Of a stretch of DNA of 64,000 bases, positions 49,845 to 57,775 are shown in pieces. The notes below the pieces were generated by a model, which did not search any database, was not told where the DNA came from, and saw nothing but the letters and a program-made list of their open reading frames with translations. The DNA is taken from NCBI GenBank assembly GCA_964527425.1, contig CAZGOA010000003.1, forward strand, positions 97,048 through 161,047, given 5' to 3'. The stretch's first letter is position 1. Each line of letters opens with the position of its first letter. The position numbers were made by a program, and so were the translations under genes. Source of the DNA: an uncultured Gammaproteobacteria bacterium (GTDB taxonomy: Bacteria; Patescibacteriota; Microgenomatia; UBA10105; UBA927).

Positions 49845-51569
49845 ATGCAGCAACCTGAACAGCAGATATATTACGGACCAGCTCACTTAAAAAATCTCTC
49901 AGCAATTGATACCAACAGAATCCCACAAGTTCCTGCAGATGAAGCAGAACCATTCAGACCCAATAGTATGTGTGAACTGTGTCCTGGGAAAAACTGCAAA
50001 GGGTGTAGTATCAGTCCAGATGGAATTAATTTTATTGGTAATATATTTAACTTAGATGAAGTACCTGTAGAGCATAGACTTGAAGTATCTATCGCATTAA
50101 CAAAAGGTGGTTTTAAAGATAAAGTGACTACGTGGAACGATCCGGACGACACATCAATTCCTCCACATATCAAAAGAAAACCTGTTGCCAATTTTGCATT
50201 TTATAAACCTGAGATTGATGCAACATTTAGTGGACAAATCGACAAACGTGGAGAAATTGCACTTGTAGTATTACAGGGAAACCAATTAGAGACAATCGTT
50301 CAAACAGCACCAAAGCTGATTCCTGAAAACCCAAAGATGTCTACAATGCCCAACCCTATTGCAACTACCGAGGAACCTTCAATAAACACTAGAGTTCACA
50401 CTCAAGATACTCCGACGCATTTCGTCGGCGGAATTGTTCAACAGCCAGAACTTCACCCTTCTGTTCAAGAAAGACCACAAGATTTACCGCTTCAAGAACA
50501 GGTACAATCACATCATTTGCAACAGGAACAGTCTCGTCCCGTTTTTACCTCAGAAGCCCGGCGAAAAGAAACAAATGTGTCATTGCACTCTACAATTCAG
50601 CCAAATCCTCAAGTAGAGAGAAACTTGCCTCTACAAGTATCAAGAGAGCAAACAAGAGAGAAAACAAGAATTCAATCGACTGAACTACTATTTATACCAC
50701 GAGAACAAGTTACTAACTGGATTACACCTCAGGAAAACGACTGGGAGTTAACAGTGCCAGATCAATACCAACCGCCAAAAAAAATCTCCCGTAAACGGTA
50801 CAGCAGAGAAACACCAGTGCGTCCCATCATTTCGAGAGAAACGCCAACAGATGAACCGCTCACTTCTACCCCTTTTGAAAAAATGATTCAAACTCATACA
50901 GAAGCAAAATATATGTTATTTGAGTTTCTTACAGAATTAACTCCACAACCATCAATAGATTCAAGCACTTCTACTGAAACACAACAAGTACCTAAAGAAT
51001 CAAATCAGTTTAAACCCACACTGGAGATTACAACCAGCAAGCCTCTGCAGCTTATTAAACAATTTTTAACAGCAAGTGGAGCGCAAGAGAAAACTATCTC
51101 AGGATATTTTACACCAGATACGAAACAGGAAGTTGTTATTATTGATTATATTCTCCCAATATCTGAACAAACATTAGACGCACAATCAATATCTACACCA
51201 GAACAAACAATTGCTTTACAATCAACATCTACTCCAGAACAAACTATAGTATTGCAACCTGAACCCAATTCTGAACAAATGATTATTAAAATAATGAACA
51301 AAAAAGATGGAGAGACAACAATCATACTCTCAGAAACGGCTGCAAAAACAATTATTAATCGCTTAAAAACATACGTTTCCTCTCAAGTTATATCAGAAGA
51401 TATTGAAATTGCTCCACAAGAAGATCATTCACGAATTGCCAATATCGTATCACCATATTCTGATACGTTCATTGGGTTTATCTTAATTTCCACAGTACTC
51501 TATATTAATCAGTTACTGGCAATGAATACTATCTTTGAAGAATTACCTATCAATTCAACGACAATTTAA
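49845..51569 (+). CDS. Tail-anchored low-complexity (Q/P/T/E-rich) protein with N-terminal Cys4 knuckle
   Basis: CELCPGKNCKGC near N-terminus; ~300 aa Q/P/E/T-rich; imperfect tandem repeats (STPEQTIALQS/TSTPEQTIVLQP); single C-terminal TM FIGFILISTVLYINQLLAM. Confidence 0.5.
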   Translation: MQQPEQQIYYGPAHLKNLSAIDTNRIPQVPADEAEPFRPNSMCELCPGKNCKGCSISPDGINFIGNIFNLDEVPVEHRLEVSIALTKGGFKDKVTTWNDPDDTSIPPHIKRKPVANFAFYKPEIDATFSGQIDKRGEIALVVLQGNQLETIVQTAPKLIPENPKMSTMPNPIATTEEPSINTRVHTQDTPTHFVGGIVQQPELHPSVQERPQDLPLQEQVQSHHLQQEQSRPVFTSEARRKETNVSLHSTIQPNPQVERNLPLQVSREQTREKTRIQSTELLFIPREQVTNWITPQENDWELTVPDQYQPPKKISRKRYSRETPVRPIISRETPTDEPLTSTPFEKMIQTHTEAKYMLFEFLTELTPQPSIDSSTSTETQQVPKESNQFKPTLEITTSKPLQLIKQFLTASGAQEKTISGYFTPDTKQEVVIIDYILPISEQTLDAQSISTPEQTIALQSTSTPEQTIVLQPEPNSEQMIIKIMNKKDGETTIILSETAAKTIINRLKTYVSSQVISEDIEIAPQEDHSRIANIVSPYSDTFIGFILISTVLYINQLLAMNTIFEELPINSTTI

Positions 51570-51570
51570 A

Positions 51571-53055
51571 TTATAAAGTCTTGGCTTCTTCTAGTTCTAC
51601 CCAATATTGTGTTTCGTTATAAATATCCTCTGGATGTACCCGCTTCCAATCTAGCATTCTCAACATACTACTCGATGATGAAGTTACATCAAACACGGCT
51701 TTATTTTCATCATGAATAAGTAAAGTTCCACTTACAGTCCCCACAAATGGATACGATAACACTGCTAATTTTGTAGCATCTGAAGCAATACGACCCTCAA
51801 TATCTAAATACGTACTTAACATCATTCCCTCAACTGCTGATCCTTTTTTATGAACATAGACTGAAAAATTATCTTGAGGAAATCTATCTTTTATTATTTC
51901 CAACCAATATCTGGTTCTTTGATCTGACCTGTTGGTTCCCTGTGAAAGTTCTTTAACTGTTCGATAAGAAGAACTCAAGAGCACAATAAGAGCAAGTGCG
52001 ATTCCGATCCACTTTTGCTTCTGGATGACTCTGTATACTGCTGCTGTAGAAACAAGAAGTATGAGCGGGTGCATCGATACTAGATAACTAGAAAAAATTG
52101 GGGTACGAGTGTACCGTGCTATACCGATCATAATCCCCAAACTAACAATACATACTAGAACAAATTTCTTTTGAACACTTCCACTTCTTAAAAAAGGTGC
52201 TACTAAAAAACTGCCGATCATTAACATACCACCAAGTACCGCATTACCTCCGATAATATGTCCCCATTCTGCAGGCATAAAAACACTGATAAACGTTTTC
52301 CACCGTCTATTGAGTACTTCTAGAGAAATATTGTACTGATCATAAAGAATATAGTGCTTCATGTTTTGAAGATTCATAAAATCATGACGCAAATCGTAAA
52401 GCAGTATAGGAATAGTCGGGACAAAACATCCCAAACCTAAAGCAATCAGCCCTTTTAACCCAGAAAATCCGAATGCTACCATTGAAACCAATATTAACAC
52501 CACTAATGAAACTCCTTGTAAGTGAATCGTTGCACCCAAAGAAGCAAAAAAACCCATGAAAAACAAAAATCTCAATTGTTTTGTTTTACCATAAAAGAAA
52601 AGAGATAGTAATAAACATAGTGAAACAAGTGATAAAGGTGACTGGTTGGTTAGATTAACAGATTGGGCAATTTGAGCTGTTGAAACAGCCGTAAATAACC
52701 CTAACAAAAGGCCAAAAGACGTATTGATTAACTTATAGCCCAACCACATTAACCCCACGACAAACATGCCATAACAAATAGTTAAAAATATCCAGGGACT
52801 AATAAGAGAAGGAAGATAAAAGACCGACCCAATCATAATAAACCAATACCAAACGCCGCTTGTCTGAAATGGACCTGCAGAAGAAAATGGCCCAAGCAGC
52901 GGAATTTGCCTCGATTCGATTGCATACCGTGCAATCATGACATCATGTATTTGATCATAGGCTAGTCCCCATCTATCAGGATATCGATAAAATCGTAAAA
53001 AGAAGGCCAAAATTACAATACAAACTGCTGCGATAATTACAATATTCCGTTTCAT
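51571..53055 (-). CDS. GT-C glycosyltransferase family 39-like membrane protein
   Basis: N-terminal TM + loop YPDRWGLAYDQIHDV, ~12 TM, C-terminal soluble domain. Confidence 0.6.
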   Translation of the reverse strand: MKRNIVIIAAVCIVILAFFLRFYRYPDRWGLAYDQIHDVMIARYAIESRQIPLLGPFSSAGPFQTSGVWYWFIMIGSVFYLPSLISPWIFLTICYGMFVVGLMWLGYKLINTSFGLLLGLFTAVSTAQIAQSVNLTNQSPLSLVSLCLLLSLFFYGKTKQLRFLFFMGFFASLGATIHLQGVSLVVLILVSMVAFGFSGLKGLIALGLGCFVPTIPILLYDLRHDFMNLQNMKHYILYDQYNISLEVLNRRWKTFISVFMPAEWGHIIGGNAVLGGMLMIGSFLVAPFLRSGSVQKKFVLVCIVSLGIMIGIARYTRTPIFSSYLVSMHPLILLVSTAAVYRVIQKQKWIGIALALIVLLSSSYRTVKELSQGTNRSDQRTRYWLEIIKDRFPQDNFSVYVHKKGSAVEGMMLSTYLDIEGRIASDATKLAVLSYPFVGTVSGTLLIHDENKAVFDVTSSSSSMLRMLDWKRVHPEDIYNETQYWVELEEAKTL

Positions 53056-53108
53056 AAGAATTTATAAACTATATCAATTATCGTCTTTTTCCATAATCAA
53101 AGTAGTTT

Positions 53109-53594
53109 TTATGATAAGGATTTATAAAATCTGACTACCCAGGGAGAATATCCTAAGTCTACATAGAGTTCTTGTGCTTTTTTATTTTCGTTATCTACAT
53201 TATTGAGAATAATATGCTGACATCCTCGTTGTTTACACTCCGTTTCCAGCGCTTTCAATAAGGCACTTCCTATACCCTGTCCTCTGTATTCCATGCTGGT
53301 ATAAAGATCCCATGCTTCTGCGCGCTTTGTCCCTTGATAATATAACGTTTCTGATTCGTTATATGCATGTATTTCACCAATTACAAAACCAACCAGCAAA
53401 TTTTCTTCTTCTGCAACATAGACAATATACTCTTGATGCGTTGTTAGAAGGTTAAAGTAGTGCTCACCAATATCAGAATTAAAGGCAACGGGATATATTC
53501 TTTCTTGAACAACACACTCTTTTACATATTCAAGACAGATCGTAATAAACTGTTTTTTATCCGTTTTTTTAAGAAGTCGTATAGCAATATTCAT
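53109..53594 (-). CDS. GNAT-family N-acetyltransferase
   Basis: Motif A YRGQGIGSALL. Confidence 0.75.
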   Translation of the reverse strand: MNIAIRLLKKTDKKQFITICLEYVKECVVQERIYPVAFNSDIGEHYFNLLTTHQEYIVYVAEEENLLVGFVIGEIHAYNESETLYYQGTKRAEAWDLYTSMEYRGQGIGSALLKALETECKQRGCQHIILNNVDNENKKAQELYVDLGYSPWVVRFYKSLS

Positions 53595-53678
53595 AGCGGT
53601 AGTATATCAAAAGAAATAGTAGATATACCTCAGATATATTTGCTATTATGGGATTCTTATTTAGGAGTTTTTTAAAGG

Positions 53679-54263
53679 ATGAAGCGCAGGATCAGAAGAA
53701 TATTATTTTTCAGTCTATTTTTTTCTATAAGTATACCGTTATTTTTGTTCATTCCGTTTTTTCAATCAAGAGAACAGCCTGCAACACAAAAAGAATATTG
53801 GTTTATGCTGTATCGATCATCAAATAAAGAACTTCTCTATTATGGAATACCAGGAGAGCGAGAAAACAGCACGCTGATTAAACAATTTACTGTCAAAACA
53901 GGTGAACCAGGGGAAAAACCTACCCCTCTGCCTACTCTTCTCGGGAGAGAACATTGGAATATCGTCAATGCGTTTTCCACTCAAGACCATCCAGATACTG
54001 CACCATATTTTTTAACGCTCGATATACCACATTCTGATCAAGAACCATTTGGGCCTACACCCTATGAAGAATGTAATGGTCAATGCAATTGGGAACTCCC
54101 AGGTCCATTTGGACTTCATGGTGTAGCCTCTGATTCCTCAAAATTAACAAAAGATAATCCGGGTTCATCTGGTTGTATACGACATACTGATGAGGATATT
54201 TCATATTTATTTTCATTGCTGAACAATTCATGGCCAGTGCGTTACTATATACAAGACGCTTAA
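53679..54263 (+). CDS. L,D-transpeptidase (YkuD domain) with N-terminal membrane anchor
   Basis: Catalytic motif FGLHGVASDSS...SSGCIRH. Confidence 0.8.
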   Translation: MKRRIRRILFFSLFFSISIPLFLFIPFFQSREQPATQKEYWFMLYRSSNKELLYYGIPGERENSTLIKQFTVKTGEPGEKPTPLPTLLGREHWNIVNAFSTQDHPDTAPYFLTLDIPHSDQEPFGPTPYEECNGQCNWELPGPFGLHGVASDSSKLTKDNPGSSGCIRHTDEDISYLFSLLNNSWPVRYYIQDA

Positions 54264-54264
54264 T

Positions 54265-55320
54265 ATGCATATTAAAATTATTGTCATCATTCTTATTGTA
54301 GGAGTGTTTCTTTCCGGAGTATTTTTTTACGTGGCTAAACGCACGTCATCAGCGATAGAAACCCCTGAAACAGTGCAGTCTGTCATACCCAGTATCACTC
54401 TACCGACCCCAACCCCTTTTCCTTTCCAAGAACTTACTATTCCCTATTTACGTACCAAGTCGTATGAGAGCTCTTTAGGTCCCCTAACGCTTCATAACCG
54501 CTACTCTGCATATACATCCTATTTAACCAGCTATACATCAGATGGATTAACCGTCAATGCTCAACTTACCAAGCCAACCACGCAACAACCAGAACAAGGA
54601 TTTCCAGCCATAATTTTCATTCATGGATACATCCCTCCAGCACAATATCAAACAACCTCAAATTACAATGCATATGTAGATTATTTAGCAAAAAACGGTT
54701 TTGTAGTATTTAAAATAGATCTAAGGGGACATGGTTCTTCTCAAGGTGAAGCAAGTGGCGCGTATTATTCTTCAGATTATATAAGTGATGTCCTTCATGC
54801 ATATTCCGCTCTCGAAAAAACAGATTTTGTAAATGCACAAGCAATAGGTCTCTGGGGTCATAGCATGGCAGGAAATGTTGCTATGAGAAGTATTGCGGCG
54901 AAACCAGCAATACCTGCAATCGTTATCTGGGCCGGGGCAGTATATACCTATACAGATTTAGCAGAGTATGGCATAGATGATAACAGTTATCGCCCTCCTT
55001 CAAATAACTCTCAAAGACAACAACGACGACAGGAACTGAATAATTTATATGGCCAACCATCTAAAGAAAGTTCCTTTTGGAAACAGGTTGCTCCGGTCAA
55101 TTATGTATCTGATATTCAGGGAGCTATACAAATCCATCATGCAGTAAATGATGATGTTGTCAGTATCAATTACAGCCGCAATCTTACTAACTTGCTAAAG
55201 CAAACATCTGTCACTCACGAATTGTATGAATATCAATCAGGAGGGCATAATATTCAAGGAGCAAGTTTTAATCAGGCGATGCAAAGAACAGTGGAGTTTT
55301 TCAAAAAACACCTGCGCTAA
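54265..55320 (+). CDS. Alpha/beta-hydrolase (S9/dienelactone-hydrolase-like) with N-terminal TM
   Basis: Nucleophile elbow GLWGHSMAG; HG oxyanion motif IFIHGY; ATGC-type overlap with the LDT gene. Confidence 0.7.
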   Translation: MHIKIIVIILIVGVFLSGVFFYVAKRTSSAIETPETVQSVIPSITLPTPTPFPFQELTIPYLRTKSYESSLGPLTLHNRYSAYTSYLTSYTSDGLTVNAQLTKPTTQQPEQGFPAIIFIHGYIPPAQYQTTSNYNAYVDYLAKNGFVVFKIDLRGHGSSQGEASGAYYSSDYISDVLHAYSALEKTDFVNAQAIGLWGHSMAGNVAMRSIAAKPAIPAIVIWAGAVYTYTDLAEYGIDDNSYRPPSNNSQRQQRRQELNNLYGQPSKESSFWKQVAPVNYVSDIQGAIQIHHAVNDDVVSINYSRNLTNLLKQTSVTHELYEYQSGGHNIQGASFNQAMQRTVEFFKKHLR

Positions 55321-55358
55321 TCTATTTGTTTGTCCATTAGAAACCTGATTTATTCTCA

Positions 55359-56099
55359 TTAGAGTCTAAACAAGCTCCCCACCAGATACGCAACGAATGC
55401 TGCCAAGCCTCCGAGTAATAACGATTCACTTAATGTACGAACTACAGATTGTCTGGTAACGCGAAATCGTAAATACCCCAATAATAATAATGCACAAACA
55501 GTAGAAGTTATAGAAAACCAAAGGATATATTGATGATCTGAATAGAATATATAGGGCAATAGGGGTATAACTCCAAACGAAATAAACGATATAAATGTTG
55601 CGACAGCCATTCGTTCCGGTTTTTCCCCTTCGGGATTTTTTAACCCTAATTCTTCCTGCATCATGAAATCAATCCAATATTTTTTATTCCCTGAAATAAT
55701 CGCAGTAAGCTGTCTTGCATGCTCCGGAGAAAATCCTTTTTGTTGAAATATTTCCTGCGTTTCCAGTATTTCAGACTCAATGTTTTGTTCAACTTCTTTT
55801 TTTTCAATTCCCTCTTCGTTTTTATAAACATCATGCTCAGACCGGGTGGCTAGAAAATTACCCAACCCCATAGAAACCCCATCAGCAAATAAATTTGCAA
55901 AACCAAAAATAAGAACTGTTAACACAGGAAGACTCCCCATCATAGACTGTTCGGCCCCGGCAAATCCTGCAACTACCGCAAATGTTGTAATGATCCCATC
56001 TGTTCCTCCATAGACAATCTCACGAAGATATAAAGAAAACGGTGAAATATTATGCTGTTCTTTTAAATGCAGTGTTAAATTTTTAGAAATGTGAGGCAT
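55359..56099 (-). CDS. VIT1/CCC1-family iron/manganese transporter
   Basis: REIVYGGTDGIITTFAVVAG N-terminal signature and 5-TM profile. Confidence 0.75.
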   Translation of the reverse strand: MPHISKNLTLHLKEQHNISPFSLYLREIVYGGTDGIITTFAVVAGFAGAEQSMMGSLPVLTVLIFGFANLFADGVSMGLGNFLATRSEHDVYKNEEGIEKKEVEQNIESEILETQEIFQQKGFSPEHARQLTAIISGNKKYWIDFMMQEELGLKNPEGEKPERMAVATFISFISFGVIPLLPYIFYSDHQYILWFSITSTVCALLLLGYLRFRVTRQSVVRTLSESLLLGGLAAFVAYLVGSLFRL

Positions 56100-56128
56100 G
56101 TATTTATCTTACTGCATAAGTATACTTT

Positions 56129-56653
56129 TTATTGTGATCTTCGTAACTTAGTAACATGATGTATTCCGCGTGTCCAATTAGGATTCAGCCTCCGCAGGAA
56201 AATAAGATCATCTATGATATCAAAAAGATAGTGAACCACGCCTGCTCCCATAAACACTAAAGCCCCAAAGTTATCTATTTGATATGCGACAACACAAATG
56301 CATAAAAAAACGACGGGCGTTAAAATATGATGAAACGGTAAATATGTCTCATGCTTGTGATTTTTTTCGAAAAATCGAATCAGTTGAACAATCTGTTTTT
56401 TTCGAAGATATGTAATGACTGTCTTTGTATACATTGAATTTCTTTTTCTAATAAATAAATAGATAATATGCTCTAAATCCGGAGCGAGTGTTCCTGCAAT
56501 TGCTAACAAAATATGATAACTACTTACTGTAAATGACGTCATTGATGATAAAACGACTAACCACAACATTCCCAACAATATATGAATCCATTCATGTTTA
56601 CCATGCCAAAAAAAAGTGAGAGTAAATAAACTAACTTTGCGCGCAGTCTTCAT
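56129..56653 (-). CDS. hypothetical His-rich polytopic membrane protein (possibly DUF457/YdjM-like membrane hydrolase)
   Basis: 4-5 TM with conserved-looking His positions (HGKHEW, HILL, HKHETY, HHILT). Confidence 0.4.
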   Translation of the reverse strand: MKTARKVSLFTLTFFWHGKHEWIHILLGMLWLVVLSSMTSFTVSSYHILLAIAGTLAPDLEHIIYLFIRKRNSMYTKTVITYLRKKQIVQLIRFFEKNHKHETYLPFHHILTPVVFLCICVVAYQIDNFGALVFMGAGVVHYLFDIIDDLIFLRRLNPNWTRGIHHVTKLRRSQ

Positions 56654-56696
56654 ATATACTCTTTATTACGTTACTAAAATACGAAGAATGAAGCAA

Positions 56697-57590
56697 CTAA
56701 CTATCCAGTTTAAGTTTTTTTAGATATTGCTTAAATTCACCATTTAATTCTTTGTGTTTTAGCGCAAATTCAACTACGGTTTTTAAATATTCTAATTTAT
56801 TACCAGTGTCATAGTAGGTGCCATTTTCTATTTCACACGCATAGACAGGTCGTTTCTTCATCAGTTCTCTAATAGCATCTGTTAGCCAGATTTCATCGCT
56901 CTTTCCCGGCTTTAAAGTATCTAATATCGGAAAAATATCTGGCGTTAAAACATAACATCCATGAGCCGCCAGATTTGAAGGGGCCTCATCTGTTGATGGC
57001 TTTTCAACCAGACTTTTGATCTGCCATGTGGTTCTTTCAACATTAAGGGCATCTACTATTCCATACCGTGAGACATCATCATGCGGAACACGCACTGCAG
57101 ATATAACAGGATCACCATACTTTTCAAACACCTCAATACATTGCTTTGTTCTTGGCGGATCAGAATATATAAATTCATCGCCCCAAATCACTACAAACGG
57201 TTCATCACCAATAATTTGCTTTGCACATCGAACCGGCGTTCCGTTGCCGTATGGACCCTTTTGACGTATGTAAATAAAATTTGCCAGATCAGAAATATGT
57301 TCGATCTCATGCAGAAGTGGAAGCTTTTTGGGCCCCCCCATTCGAAGATTCTCGATTAACTCCATGCTTGGTCTATCAAAATGATCCTCAATTGTTCGTT
57401 TGTGATATCCCGTGACAATAATTATGTCAGTGATTCCCGACTCAACTAATTCTTCCACCACATATTGAATAATAGGTTTATCAACAATCGGAAGCATTTC
57501 CTTTGGCATCGCTTTAGTTTGAGGTAAAAATCTGGTACCAAACCCTGCAGCAGGAATAACTGCCTTTCTAATTTTTTGACCCATATGCAT
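56697..57590 (-). CDS. galU: UTP--glucose-1-phosphate uridylyltransferase
   Basis: KAVIPAAGFGTRFLPQTKAMPKEMLPIVDKPIIQYVVEE signature. Confidence 0.9.
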   Translation of the reverse strand: MHMGQKIRKAVIPAAGFGTRFLPQTKAMPKEMLPIVDKPIIQYVVEELVESGITDIIIVTGYHKRTIEDHFDRPSMELIENLRMGGPKKLPLLHEIEHISDLANFIYIRQKGPYGNGTPVRCAKQIIGDEPFVVIWGDEFIYSDPPRTKQCIEVFEKYGDPVISAVRVPHDDVSRYGIVDALNVERTTWQIKSLVEKPSTDEAPSNLAAHGCYVLTPDIFPILDTLKPGKSDEIWLTDAIRELMKKRPVYACEIENGTYYDTGNKLEYLKTVVEFALKHKELNGEFKQYLKKLKLDS

Positions 57591-57654
57591 GGATTGTATC
57601 TACAGACGAGAAAGAATGTCAACGAAAACAATCAATTTTTTTCAATCGTTTCTT

Positions 57655-57694
57655 CCGATCCGGGAGCGGATGAGGCTACCGATCCGGGAGCGGA
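57655..57694. promoter_or_regulatory. Two copies of a 16-nt palindromic element (CCGATCCGGGAGCGGA) 24 nt apart in divergent galU / large-secreted-protein promoter region
   Basis: ATCCGggagCGGAT inverted repeat at 57657-57670, near-copy at 57681-57694; GC-rich island in AT-rich intergenic DNA. Confidence 0.35.
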
Positions 57695-57775
57695 AATACT
57701 AGAGGCTGTGCTACCTGTTGTGAAATTATTGTCTTGTCTATATCCTACAGGTATAATTTGGTATTATTAGTGCAC

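Noticed and set aside
49116-49953. Cluster of small ORFs (49116-49373, 49246-49500, 49383-49661, 49513-49713, 49735-49953)
   Set aside because: Overlapping shadow ORFs within or beside the GH130 gene and the upstream region of the tail-anchored protein, with no motifs.
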